Shown: positions 26,657 to 39,849 of the stretch, piece after piece
How positions within the stretch are numbered: the first letter of the stretch is position 1
How the letters are laid out: each line of letters begins with the position of its first letter
Origin: Dicyema japonicum
Taxonomy: Eukaryota; Animalia; Dicyemida
NCBI GenBank assembly: GCA_011109175.1
Contig: RDEW01000022.1
Location: 580,273-644,272, forward strand
DNA: 64,000 bases
Direction of reading: 5' to 3'
Translations under genes and position numbers: made by a program
The notes under the pieces: model-generated
What the model saw: only the letters and a program-made list of their open reading frames with translations
What the model was told of the DNA's origin: nothing
The model's database searches: none

Positions 26657-28288
26657 CAGCGCTTCCGATTTGTTTTGAGTTCGTACCCCAAAAAAATTTA
26701 AAAACCAATCTCGCACCCCCGATTTTAAATCTAACTTAATTCGAATTTTATTCAATAAAAAAATAGTTAGGTTTCTTGATATTTTTCCTGCCTCTTCGAA
26801 ACGTGGTTTTTTCTGTTAGTGCAATTATGAGATCGTTTTCAGGGTTAAGAGCGTTTCGGTACTTATTTATATATAGTATAGATGAAAATCCCAAGTTGTT
26901 GCAAATGGACCAAAACCTGCAGTGTTTTTTTCGCAAGGGTCGGAAACTTAACATGCGAACCGCACCAAAAAACCTCGAAAGAATTTGAGTCGTACAACAT
27001 TTTCAGTGATGTACATGCTTGCATTTCATTCAAATTGTCTTTATCCTCATCTCTATCGCCCATCTTTTCTTTTTTGAAAGCAAATGGGTTAACAATCCAG
27101 GTATTAGGCAATTATCGTAGAAACATAATCGTTGTATCTCCACACGTGCGGCACTTTAAGCGATTTTTCGGATCATCCAGGTATCAGAATCTTTAATATT
27201 TCCAATTGAAAAAAATATCCATAAATGAAAGTTTTAAGTTGATTTCTGTTTAAATAATTTTATCAAAAGTCGAGTTTGATTCAATGGCGATTTCATCCAG
27301 TGTTGGAAAATTGGGAAAATTATTGTCTTTAATACGTCAAGTCCGCAACGCATTAATAATGCTCATCCCTTTTTATTGAATTGAAAGACTCACTGGTTAA
27401 GATGATCGAAAATGTCAGCCAAATATGCCAATAAAATAACAAAATTTCGAGATTTGAAACAATCAAGTAGTTCAGATTATTTTGTTCGATTTCAAGTCTG
27501 AGAATAAAAATCTGGTCAAAACACGACTTCTTGACAGTTATCTACATCGGTATTATACAAGAGAACAGTGGCGTCTGTATCACAATCAATGCATAATGTT
27601 TTGAACAGTCAAAGCCCTTTCTCGAATGACATTCACAATGCTGAAACACGAATTTAAGACATCTATAACGTAATCGGCAACGACTTTGATACAAATGCAT
27701 GTCGATAAAGGATAAAGTGAGTATCTGTTGCACCCGGAACATGTCTTTTGAAAAGGCTGCATTCCCAACCTGTTTCCCAGCATAATTGCACCGTCCGTGC
27801 AGATTGACCCTATAATTTCCAGTGGAATATCACGTTTATCAAAAAAAGTCTCAATTATATGGAAAACCGTTTTGAGAGGTTTGCAAAAAAATACTCTTCC
27901 GGAGTTAAATTTTCTTGTACACAACGAACAAAGCCAATTATTTGACAGCAATTATCAACATCGGAATTCATACAACTGGATGGAAATTTTGATGCAAGGA
28001 TTCTTTATGTCCGAAACAACTTGTTTAAGAATTTCGTCACTGATACAATTAATTCGATTCCGGATACAATTATTTGACAAAAAAATCTGCTGCAGTTTTC
28101 GAGAGGCGTCTGGACCCAGAACTGTTTTCATCATTTCCAATGCACACGGCTTAATAAGAGTCTCTACATTCAAGATCATTTCCCGATGGTTTCAAACTTG
28201 AATTAGAAAAAATTGCATCACAAAACATGCACTGGGGATAATCATGATTTTTAAAATTATTTCTCGCATCCACAATCGGGAAGCGCTG
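26657..28288 (-). mobile_element. hAT Buster/Charlie-type transposon with intact ends and a decayed ZBED5/8-like transposase
   Basis: TIR CAGCGCTTCC(C)GATT at both ends; 8-bp TSD TCCCAAAG (26649-56) / TCCTAAAG (28289-96); ETLIKPCALEM, LSNNCIRNRI and SICTDGA. Confidence 0.9.
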
Positions 28289-28729
28289 TCCTAAAGGGTA
28301 TTATAAAGAGGAGCTCTTTCCCATCTGCAGCTTGTATGAGTAAACTCTATCTTCAAGTTATTGTTCCGACAATTTAATACGCCTGTTCTGTCTGAAGAAT
28401 TGCTTTTCCTTCTTCGAGGGTCGAGCGTATAAACTTTCTCAGGAGGAAAATCATGCGGCATATCCAATCTGAAGCCATATCTATCCCCAGTCTCGTTTCA
28501 GAGGTGGAGACGTTGAAAAATGGCCAAGGTTTCCTACATTTCTGCAAGGATCAGAGGAATTCCGATGGACCATAAAGAGGTGTAGTTGAATCGGTGGCTG
28601 AACATTCTAGGAGAATACGCAAGATGTTGGAGGCGGGGATCACCAAATTATTGAGTTAACCTTTTTTTGGCGGTCTTTGGGGCTTAAATAAAACAGATTA
28701 AGAAACAGTCCGAATTTAATGGTTTACTT

Positions 28730-29620
28730 AAGTTAATATTAGAGGCGATAAAGTTAATAAAGTTAAATTTTAATATTTTATATAAAAATTAAACAAATTC
28801 TGTTTTTTTTCATTTAAACGTTCTCCCTTTATATTTAAAAAAAATTAAAAAGTTGAAAAGTTAAAAAAATAAATCGTAAGGTTAATTTTTTTAACTTTAT
28901 TTTTTTAATTATTTCACAAATTATTATTTTACTATTAAATAAATATTAAGCAGCATGTAGTTTACACGTTTTTGTATGCCACGTATTTCTAAGTCTTCTC
29001 TGACTAAAGCAACATTAATTGTTAACGAAATTCCAAGAGAATTTCAATCTCATAATAACCACGAGTTATTTTGTAAACTATGCTTAACGACAGTTAAGTG
29101 CTCAAAAAAGCATTTTGTTAACCTTCACAGGTCCAAGAAACATAAAAATTTTCTTTTGATGAGGATTTATTTTTAAAAAAATTATATCCTAATCTTTTTC
29201 ATGTCAATTGCGTTGCCCATATTTTGCATAATTGTTCAATGGAGGTCAGAAAATCTTTTCCCAGAAGTAGATGATGTAATAGCTAGCGTACAGGCTTCTA
29301 TTAGGAAAAACCAAAAGCAAAAATTGTTGTTTTCCGAAATTGGAATTCCTCCCAAATTCGTATTGACGAGATGAGGTACCTGGTTGAAAACTGCATTTTG
29401 GAAGGACCTAACTAAAATTATTAATATGGAATGCAAAAATGTCTCTCCTGAAGATTATTCACTCCTTCTAAATTGTCAGCCATCCTCGGCATTTGTCGAA
29501 AGATGTTTTTTGCAATTCAAGAGTTTTTTGAGGATAAACAGAAAATTTTGTAAACGAAATCTGAAAAATTACGTAATTTCCATTTTCAATAAATAGTCTT
29601 TAAAACAACAGTTGTCTTTT
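28730..29620 (+). mobile_element. hAT-like (CGGBP1-related) internally deleted element, family copy 3
   Basis: LFCKLC....KKHFVNLH.SKKH zinc-finger-like N-terminus; CQPSSAFVERCF C-terminus; AAAGTTAA subterminal repeats. Confidence 0.6.
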
Positions 29621-29750
29621 TTAGCCTCTCCCGTGACTCACACCTTTTGAGGCGAGCTTGCTTCCAATGCTGGAGAGAAAAACGTCTGTCTTCGCTCCCA
29701 CGGTTCCAGTTGTCTCCACAGCAATGGGGGTGAAATGGTATTGGTGATTA
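29620..29750 (-). mobile_element. CRE-like LINE C-terminal remnant
   Basis: YHFTPIAVETTG..GAKTDVFLSSIGSKL matches the endonuclease tail seen at 47.8 kb. Confidence 0.55.
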
Positions 29751-30889
29751 ATATTTTTTTAAATTGTTTAAATATTATAAAAATGTTAGAAAATATCCTG
29801 GCGAATTTTATAACAACAGTTTTTATTGTTTTTTTCTAAGAAATATTTCAAACTAACACATTCATTATTTTTACAAGTTAAAGGTGCCATTGTAAAAATA
29901 TCTGATTTCCTTATTCCATCTACCGATTCTGGGATCAACAAGGACACTAATGCTTAGTCGAATATGATCTTCTTTGCATAAGTTATGATTTTCCTTTGCT
30001 CAATGATCCAAAGGGTCACCAAAATTCCATTTCTTGAGAACGCATATAGCTGTCGTTAGAGAAAACAGCATGGCCACTCAAGTTCCCTAACTTTTAAATT
30101 CTTAATTAACTGTTTATTAATAAAAAGAATAAATGATCAAAAAATAAACTTGACAGAAGCTATTTTTGAGAGCAGAAATTTAATATTATCGTCGTGTGCT
30201 TTCATGTTCCGGAATTCGCTCCTTAACAGGTATGGGGTCGTATGTACCCACGTACCGGAATTTGCTCCCATACTCCCCGCATACCTAATGTGAAGTGTGG
30301 AAAAATAATATTTATTATTTGTTTTCTAGGCGAGTTGTCTCTGATCGATTCCTAAGAATATCGTGGTATCCCTCGTTTCAACACTGTTGTGGAATCAGAT
30401 GTTTAGGAAAATCCAAAAAGTTTTAATATGGAAGAATTGGAAATTGCAGAAAATCACGACATTTATAATAAAAGTTTTTTATTGTTTTTTATAAGTAAAG
30501 ATGATGAGTACCAGTTTAACTTTGAGAGGGTGAATTTGCAGTCTTCATATTATAGAAGAATGAATACGAAGATGGGAGTGCATCAATCAAAATATGGGTT
30601 AGATGTTGGAGATTTGTATTCTATTTTTAATTGCTTAAAGCTTTGTATTCAAAAAATTATGGGACGAATCCTTCTCTTCGATTAAAAAAATTTGAACATC
30701 CGTATGGGGATCCCGTAACTATTGTCGAGAAATAGTCTAATAATTTTGTCAAAGTCGAAGATAGTGCTAGTGCTCGTTAATCTTGCACTTAACTTTGATG
30801 TAGTAGATTATTTTTATTTTTGACGATGATTGACGGTGATGGATCACTCTTAGCGCTCGCAACATACTATGACGCTTTTTTCTTCAGTG

Positions 30890-30984
30890 ATTCCGTGGAT
30901 ATCCCTGCTAATGCGTGCTGGGATCACGTGATTAGTTAGTTTGTGTAACAGTGGTCTCTCGTGTTATTATTATTCCGTGGATAT
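30890..30984 (+). mobile_element. 69-bp 5'-truncated LINE-tail insertion with 13-bp TSD
   Basis: ATTCCGTGGATAT at 30890-30902 and 30972-30984 flank a copy of the 3' tail also found at 20500-20560 (-). Confidence 0.85.
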
Positions 30985-31304
30985 AGCTATTTTCTAAGAG
31001 ACAAATTCAACCCATTCCCACTTTCCCTGGATATTTGTTTTCCGACGGGACAGAAAACATGGAAGGGGTGGAAGCCTTTCACTCTATGCAGGAATACGTC
31101 TTTGTTAATGAGATTTCTGATAACACATCAGCTCTCTTCCCATCTGATAAACCCTTAGAACAACTCTGGAACAAGGGGATCTCTCATATCAGACAACATT
31201 GACGACTTGATCATCCTTAATAATCGAGGTAAACACTTAGATACTCCCCTACCTTTTCTTACTGCTTATTCCCTTTTATCCCTTGGGGTGTTATTATAGA
31301 CTTA

Positions 31305-31396
31305 AGTACCTACCATAACCCAATCATGCTGAGAATTCTACAAAAATGGGAGTACCTACCATAACCCAATCATGCTGAGAATTTCACAAAAATGGG
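31305..31396. repeat. 46-bp tandem duplication
   Basis: AGTACCTACCATAACCCAATCATGCTGAGAATT(CT/TC)ACAAAAATGGG x2. Confidence 0.95.
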
Positions 31397-32179
31397 AGTT
31401 AATTCCTGCAACAATGACTACTAGCAACTGCTCACCAATGTCTGGTATGTCTTCGCATCCTTTCTGAATAGAGGATTTCTCTTCAATCGCCACTGTTGTC
31501 AGCCTCTTAATGTAATAATTTAATTCATTTTTATGGGTTGACTCCAATACACTTTGCATCTCCTTGCATAGAATCAAGGACGCTCATACGATGGAGAAAC
31601 AAACTAAAGGACTTTGACATACAGTCAACTACCATGAGTGAAACCTGTTCAGAGTCAAATAAAGATAACTCCCTTAACATTGGGAGACAAAACAAAAAAA
31701 GATTGGTAGACGTACTGACAAAATTCACAAACAAACATGTCTTTCACAACTCTAAAGAGGCTCAAAAAGTCTTCTCTATGAAAATGAAGTCTCCTAAGCA
31801 TCCCTTGAGCCGTTAGTCCGATCATTTCAAAATTCTCCTCAAGATATAGAAACCTTCTTTATGTAGATTAATCCATGAATCCAAGACAAACCGTATGAGA
31901 ATGCTAAGTATCCATCTCCACCTATTTACAAAAGTTTTATATACGAGTCTCTAACATTACTGTTCCACAAAAATAGCCATTTTGTCCTGAATCACGGTTT
32001 TCATTGCTCTGTCAAGTTGTTTTCTTCAATCCTGAAGTCATTATTAATCTCTATTTTAACACAATTTAATAAGCTTTAACACAAGCTTGATGCCTTCTTG
32101 TCTTCTTTTTGCTCCCCCTTAAAGTTTTAAAAATTATCATTAATCTGTAAATATGTTTTTTTTTAATTTTATTATTATT

Positions 32180-32680
32180 ATTAACCAAAAAACATCAATA
32201 GTTAATTTAATTAATCTCGACAGCCTCAATCATTTCTCATTCTCTCCTTGTGCGCCTTCTGAGATCCGACGCAGCTTCTATGTAAGCGGGGTGGTTTGGG
32301 GAATAGAAATTGGAGAGGGGTGATTTATACTTTTTCATAAGACACGTCCTGGCTGTGTACTGTTGGGAGTTGCACTGCCTGCACAGAGAATCAAATCCCT
32401 TCACACTTTGTCGGATAAGGTCTTTAAATGATGAGGTGATTAGTTTTTCTAGTTTCCCGAGATTACTAATAGTAGTGGATGTTAAGGACTGAATGTCGCT
32501 GATTTTTTGTTTGTTCGTCCATGACAGATGATTCCCCATGACGCACAGGCATAGCTGACAGATGGCGATCTGATCGCGGGATCGGACTAATAGGTCATCA
32601 GCATATGCTAGGAGGAAATCGTCTTTATTATCGGGTTGTGGTAAATCGGGCATATATTAAATCGGCGGGTGATAAACCTA
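32180..32680 (-). mobile_element. Internally deleted copy of the 17.7-18.5 kb LINE 3' region
   Basis: LLAYADDLL joined directly to AICQLCL..LSWTNKQ, skipping about 350 bp present in the 18 kb copy. Confidence 0.75.
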
Positions 32681-34551
32681 CCACGTGGTCCCTTGAATTT
32701 ACTGGCGATGAATTTAACTAGAACCATGAGTGCCGAGATCACTTGACTGTCTTTTGCCAGGGAACAAATATAAATTGGTAAATTTTCTGCTAAATAATCT
32801 CCACGTGACTTTGGCGTCTTCATAAATGATGTCTATAACATTGGCTTATAGTTTTCTCTGAAATCTCTTAAGAACGCTTCCATAATAAATAGGAGACTGA
32901 ATTTCCATGGGGGACGCCGAATGTCTTCCGGAAGTATGTGAATATTGCTATGCTAACCACCTCTTTAGTGGTTCTCCCACAGACTCCACTATTGAAATAA
33001 CTATTCATCTACCTGGTTCTTGATTCTGCTGGAGATGATTATAAATAGTGTTGGGGGTAATATTATCGAATATTTAGGGGACCTTTAGGTATGATAGCTT
33101 TATGTGGTATAACTTACAACCTACCTCCGAGAGAAATATGATTGCCCAGTCTCGTCGCTTAATAGTTATACCTCTCACTATTATTCGATTTGAGCCATCA
33201 AAGTCATCTTTTTGTGTCGGTCTTTACTGTTCTGACACAACTCCACCCTATAACCTTATTCATAATTATATTCCTTCCTAATTTCAAGATCCCCCTATGC
33301 CTCTGTTCAATAAATTTATTGGCTTTTCCTTGGGAATTCTCATGGGGGTGATCTTAATATTTCCTTGCAGAATTCTTGATTTTGGTGATCGCTTCCTTCC
33401 ACCATTCTGTGGACGATATAACTTCCAGAGTTTGATGGTTTTGGCCAGGATGATCCTAAACTTTTGTGAGTAGTTTCATAATATGCCAGTTTCTTGACGG
33501 AAGGTCAATCAGGTCGTGCTGCACTCTTCATTACTGGGATTCCGAAAATAAGCTTCACGCGGAAGCCAGTAACAACTATTCTTGAGTTAATGTGCCAATT
33601 GTAGGATCTTGAGCTAACAAGGATCTATCTGGCTGTAGATCCTGATTAAACCCCAGGTTGATCCCTTGTCGCCTTAATCCAAGTGGTAAAATATCTAACT
33701 GAATTTTTTAATGTTGTGTTGCAGATACAGGATGTTATGGTGTTTGAATCGACCATGTATCTGCTTCTCCTGTTCAACCAATGTCGAGCCTACCATATGC
33801 ACTCTACCAACTCTCGCCTTCCAATGTCCACCAATGAATATAGAGTTCCCATGCACATCGGAGGGACGCATAAAACTTTGTTTCCTGTAACTCTCACATC
33901 GGTGGGGGAATAATGCTTATATATAGGAGTTATTGTCGTTGCCATCAATGATTTTTATTACTATGTTGGATTTGATTATTTACATATTTTTAAAGAATTT
34001 TATTCCGTTCCGACGGTAGAAATGGGACGCATTTTCCAAGCATTCGCCACTGTGGAACCCCTTTACTAAAGTAGGAAAGAGAGGGATTCTTTTTAAATGC
34101 ACCAGACATTGGGTATTTCCTGGTTTATTTTGACCCCACTCTTAAAAGTTGAGAAAGGAGCAGAAAAGAATCCTTCGACCAACTAGGTAGCAGTGTTAGA
34201 ATCGAACCCAGAGCTGATTGCGACAGCACTAACCAATACGTTCAGCTCCTAGAAGTGCTTTTTCGTTTACTTAATTTATTTAAGAAACCTCAATATCACA
34301 AAAAAGAATGTGTCAAAGCCAACCGATTAAGTGATCTCAGCTTCTAGTAATTCCCGGACTCTCCTGGAGTAAGCCCCCATCGATCACATCGTCTTCAGGA
34401 AATGTCTTTTAGAATTTCATAGTTGCAGAAAATATTAAATGCTATGGTCTAAATGTGAAAAACTTTATTGGAAAAATGTAAATATTAATAAATAATTTCA
34501 TTAAAAAATATTTTTAAATTATTTGAAAATAGTTATCTTGTGGTTGTTACT

Positions 34552-35101
34552 ATGCAAGAACCTGAATACGTCAAATTAGAATCTAAATCAGCTGTCGAAT
34601 TGCAGAGAAAAAAGCTAGAAAAACTTATGGAGAATCCAGTTAGTGAATTAAACATAATATTTAAAGGATAAGCAAATTATAATCCCCAACTAACCGAACC
34701 TTCAAAACCACGTAATCCTCCTCAGTTCGTCCACCATGTATGGGGTACGGATTCCTTTTTCAATTCAAGGTTCCAGCGCTGGAGTTGGAAGCGGTGACTT
34801 CCACGTGTACCGAGGAATTCGACGTAGGGAGTACGCCAGACAGAAGATACTGGACGCCAACGCCCACATTGTGCAAGTTTTGCTGACTTTTGTAGGACAA
34901 GATCACGAGGGAGTTCTATGAAAGGATGGAGGCTGAGAAGATGATTTTGGAAGGGAAAATGGAAAAGAAGCGGAATAAGAGGTGGTCTGAGTCCTGTAGT
35001 TAAGAAATAAGCGAAAGGCCAGGATTCGAGAGTTGAAGTCTCAGGGACTTTATGCGAAGAAGAAGGATCTCCCCAATAATGAGGTTGAAGAGGAAGATTG
35101 A
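34552..35101 (+). CDS. PRKRIP1: PRKR-interacting protein 1 homolog, 5 exons, one 1-nt deletion as assembled
   Basis: LEKLMENP|[20 protein letters not shown]|[24 protein letters not shown]; introns 34639-66 (28 nt), 34745-69 (25), 34871-95 (25) and 34982-35004 (23). Confidence 0.92.
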
Positions 35102-35179
35102 CTTTTTTTAGCTTACTTATTATATCTGTTTTCCAATTATTAGTCGCTTGTGAGGGTAATCTTTTGTCCTCAGTTTACT

Positions 35180-35405
35180 GCCTATCTTAGTTGGTAGAGC
35201 TGGTCACGTGTCTTTCTCGTTGAATATCCAAGAGACCCCCTTGAACGGAGATGGTTCTTTCAGTGCCTTGACATCGTCATCATCCACGACGATTCTCAAA
35301 TAAAGACCTTAAGAAGATGATTGTTATAGGATTACTGTCATCAGTTAATACTTCACTACGGAACCGGACTCACACAAAACCAAAAGAAAAGGAAATTAAG
35401 AAAAT
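35180..35405 (+). mobile_element. Possible tRNA-derived SINE-like element
   Basis: A-box-like TCTTAGTTGGTAGAGC; 3' end CACT..GAACCGGA..CTCACAC + A-rich tail shared with 44265-44460. Confidence 0.35.
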
Positions 35406-35899
35406 TGATTGTTTCCTTTTCAACAATTGTTATTTGCTCTAATAATCTGTGTCCCCCTATGCGGAGTTATAAGTGCAATGGCGTTCATGAAAGAGCTGTT
35501 ATTTTCTGTCCAGTCGATGTGTGAGATATAAAGTTGGGCATTTTAGAGTTTAAAGAAATCTGTTAGTGAGACTATATTAGCTGACTTGGTAATCAAAGAT
35601 AGTAGAGATAATAATGGAATTGGGTTTTTTATTCATCAATATAATCTCAACATAAATTGTTTTTTGAGTTGTAAAGTAAAACATTTATAGTCAAGCTCTT
35701 GTGATTGAGAGTGCACTCTCTCTGATAATTTTCATGGAAATGAGTTCGATTAGCCGTTCCTTCGTTCTTCCTCTTTTTTGATAATAAAGGTCCGATGGCG
35801 CGTAGGAAGGGAAGCGATTCGGGTCATATTTTCCCGAGGTTTAGGGTGCTACAGACTTGAAGACGAATCCAACCAAGTTGAAAGAACTTGTCTGATCAC

Positions 35900-36873
35900 C
35901 CATCAGTGGAGGACGATAGTAATAATTAAAGTTTTCAAGGTCGTTGAATACTTGAGGAGTCAACTTGGTTGTAAAGTCAATGGAAGTTACTAAAAACTGA
36001 AAATCTTTGATTTGATTGAGTTTTTGCTAGATTTGTGACTCAGGCGACCATAACTGATGGTTGGCTTAGTATACTGGCTATATAGGGAACCTAGCGTCGA
36101 GGAGAAAGAGTTCCTCGTCCAATAATTTCTAAGGGCCGAGTATCTCTTCAGTGGGCCAATGCATGACTCTGTGCACGTCACATCCCACATGAGAGACTAT
36201 ATTCTTTAGTGAAGGACTTCTCTCCATGTGGTAGTCATAGTGATCAACTTAAAACTAATAAGTGGAGGATGGATTATCTGTCAGAAATTTGATGAGTTAA
36301 AAAAAGTTGTCAAATATTATTGACTCCCCAAGAATTTATCATCTTTTATTTACCTCCAAAATATCCAGTACAGCTAACGTACTCTGATTGGGAATACAGG
36401 AATTCCAAGTCAGAGTTGATCACCGACATTCCAAACATTCAACGAAATTATTCACTTCCACTAAAGACAGAGGAGACAGTACTCTGATAATAAAAATATA
36501 ATCTCCCATGTTATCGATTACTACTTTCCTTTATTCCACTACAATTATATATAAAGAAGATTACTTGGCATGTTTCTATAGTATATTCTTGTGTTTGCCA
36601 GCATTTCCATGGAAATTTGTAGTATAAATAGTAAATATCCAAGTATTATCGATGAACGAAACATTTGAATTCGAAAATCTGGATATTATCGAAGAAGGTG
36701 GAAACTCGGGTCACAAATTGGCCACGGAACAAACATACCAAAGAATCCGGCGAATGAGCATGGCTAATATTTATGGGGGAGTGAATGACATTGAGGACGA
36801 CTTTCTAATGTTTAACGATGATAAAAGGGAGGATGAAGATCATCTGAATATAATGATGAGGAAAAATAAGTAA
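35900..36873. mobile_element. Possible Ty3/Gypsy pol remnants
   Basis: SGHKLATEQTYQRIRR (+) resembles an integrase His-His segment; weak RT-like fragments on the minus strand. Confidence 0.3.
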
Positions 36874-38489
36874 CTCCTGTTTAATAATCATTAACACTGA
36901 TAATAAACGTTTTTACACATTTGGACCTTTAGTTTGGGAATAATAATTTTACCAGGTCCCTCTGAGTTTAAGTCCTGCTTAGCAATGCCGGTGATTTTTG
37001 CATATCTCCACAGTTATCCTTGGTCAAGTTCCACAGGTTTTGAAGTCGAAATCCTTCTGTATCCGACCATTCTGTAATTCGTCAGTCGGTCCATCGATAT
37101 ATGTTTTCATTTCGTGGTTAAAATCTAAGATAGTAACATTGCGAGAAAAGCTCGTTGATTAAAATTCAGACACACGTGTGCGAGGCGAATGCTTATCAAA
37201 GACAAGACCACGAAGAAATAAAATATTAAATACTAATGAAATCAGCTTCTAAGAATCACAAGTGACCCCATTGAAGTCCGACAGTCCTCCACCACTGTTT
37301 GCGAGAAACTCGATCAGGGTTATTCACGACTGATCGGCCATGACCATTGTTCCTTGTGGACTCCTCAGAAAAGAGAGTAACAAAAGGTGAAGTCTCCGAG
37401 AAATGAAGTTTTTATTGATCTTCGAAGAGGAAAAGGCAAACCTCCAGTCGGAATAAATGCACTTCATCGTCGCTCTGCCTTTCATATCTAGATCATCTGA
37501 GGCCCCTTTTCTGTGATTTACCTCGATCCTGATGATGATGCTAGTAGAAGATAAGGAGATGGTGTCCTATACTATTCGCTTCTCTTCCTTGAACTTAAAG
37601 AATTTAATTCCAGTTTTCCGTGCCAGCGGAATCCAGTATGGGTATCTGGAGACTCTAGTCCACGTTTATGGCATCATTTAGTTGATTATGTCTGGGAATC
37701 TCATCGCCTAGTGTCCATTGATATCGACGGTTCCCCACATGTGTGCTTGTCATACTTTTAATACTCAATACAGACTGTATCATTGTTGAGGTGAGTCCCA
37801 ATACCTCAGATCGGGAGAGCATTGATCCATGTGACACCCCCTATGATATCCCGCAAACCAGACAGTCAGTCGACCTTTTTCAATCGTCTCCGAAACTTAT
37901 CTTCTTTCAAATACTCAAATGTAAGTTTACGACCTTCCTTGTTCAGCGTTCATCACAAGCGCGAGGGAGAAGGTTACATCTTTTGGATAAAAGTCATCAT
38001 ATTAAGGAGAAAAAAGTTCCTTTGTGGACAAGAAAGGGAAAACTTTGAGGAACTCACCTTCCACGACATATTTCAGAATCAAAGGTCATCCAGAGGGCCG
38101 TCCAGATAAAAATAAATGTGATTATTAAATTTAATATTCACAGCCTTTAAACCTTAGTGGCATCCATTTTGGCAATATCACTTATTTTATATTGTAAGCG
38201 TGGAGAATACCCCACGTGGACCACCGTTTTGGTGAACCCAATGAAAATGCCATTAGATCTTCCAAAACATTGAATGGTTATCATGAATTCCTGAGCTGTA
38301 AAGAAAATATGTTAGTAAGGGACACGGGGAATCTGAAGCTGAAATCACATATTAGTTGAAGGATTACCCCCATAAAATGATATTTACAAATATTCTATGA
38401 TCCTTTGCTCCAACTCGCCGGCTTACAGTGTGGAAGACGTGTATCTCTAAAAGGAAGCCCTCACCCGAAAAGGGAACACAAGAAAGAGG

Positions 38490-39060
38490 AGTAAAAACTA
38501 ATTAAGTGATCCCTGTAGCCTCAACAGGACGATAGGTTTTTCCTATGTTCCTCCAGAGTACCCACGGCTTTCCTGTAAACGGCGATCATCTTCACTAGAG
38601 TTGAAGAGGGGTGGGTTTTTGCCCAATTTCGTGTTTTTGAGGCTTCTAGTCTTAATGGAGAAACGACTTGTTTCTTGACCGATGAAGCCAGAGCCGTTAT
38701 TTTTGATTGCAGCGTGGTCAAGCATTGGGGTGAAAAGACTTGGTAGATTTGTTAGACGTGCAAGTTTGCCTGTTAGGGAGTTGATCTTGTATAAATTGGA
38801 CATTGAAGCTCCATAGGCCCATGAGGCACAAGCATACTCTACCGTCGGTTTTAGAAGTTGATTGTACAAGACGACAGCGCATTCCTGTGACGGCCTGGAC
38901 TTTAAGAGCGGTTTCATTATATTCAGTTTCCAGAGACCCTTTGTCATAACGTTCTCCACATGTTGAGAAAATGTCATCAAAGGGTCGAACGTCACTCCCA
39001 GAATAGTTGAATGAATCTGCCTCACTTTATGATGGTATTTTGCCCTCCCCAAACATGGGT
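38490..39060 (-). mobile_element. Jockey/I-like LINE 3' end
   Basis: ILGVTFDPLMTFSQH, LYNQLLKPTVEYA and a GGGATCACTTAATTAG tail. Confidence 0.8.
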
Positions 39061-39849
39061 AGTACTACTGTACTAATAACCACGTACAACCATAAAACGA
39101 GTTTATCCAACTTCGTCTGACGAACTCATAAGGTTTCGCATATCCATTGCTCTCTTACTTCATCATCCTTACTGTAAACTGAAGCAAAAGGGTAGGACCA
39201 GCAATAAAGAGATATACTGACTCCACTGAAGCACAGTCTAGTCAACAGATATTGGAGACTAAACAAACACGTCACTGATATAACCTAGGCACTCTTCACG
39301 AGAGCCATGTGACTAAATCCCAATTTAAAGACAATCAAAATAGAAGAGGGAAATTAAAAAAAACAAAAATTAACATCAGAAATTAACTCTTAATTTTAAT
39401 GATATCCGAGTCCCCAGCATCCTCAATGGCCATCACGGAAACTCTGAAGCGCTTCCCACAGGCGATCCCTAGTTCGTTGTTGTTCCCCTTATAGTGATGA
39501 ATTGGAACCTTGGCCATGAAACCGTTATACTCCACCTCGGATTTACTAAAAAACGTGCTATCAAAACATTACTGGAGGTGGTTGGCGTTGTTAGCTATCA
39601 CAACCAGTTTTGCCTTACCTCCGATCATCATACGAAGAGCCTGTCGAAGACCAATTACACATTTTCCACTTTTCACCGCCATGGCCAGTTTAGCGTTTGT
39701 ATTATCGGCTCCAATCTTTTTTTTGCCCATATTTCAGTTGACCAACAAGACACACAAGGTGATAAACGTGATTAATATTAATTTATTTATTAAAATTAAT
39801 TATTAAAAATAATATAATCAATATCAGAGAAATCCAGATTATTATTATT

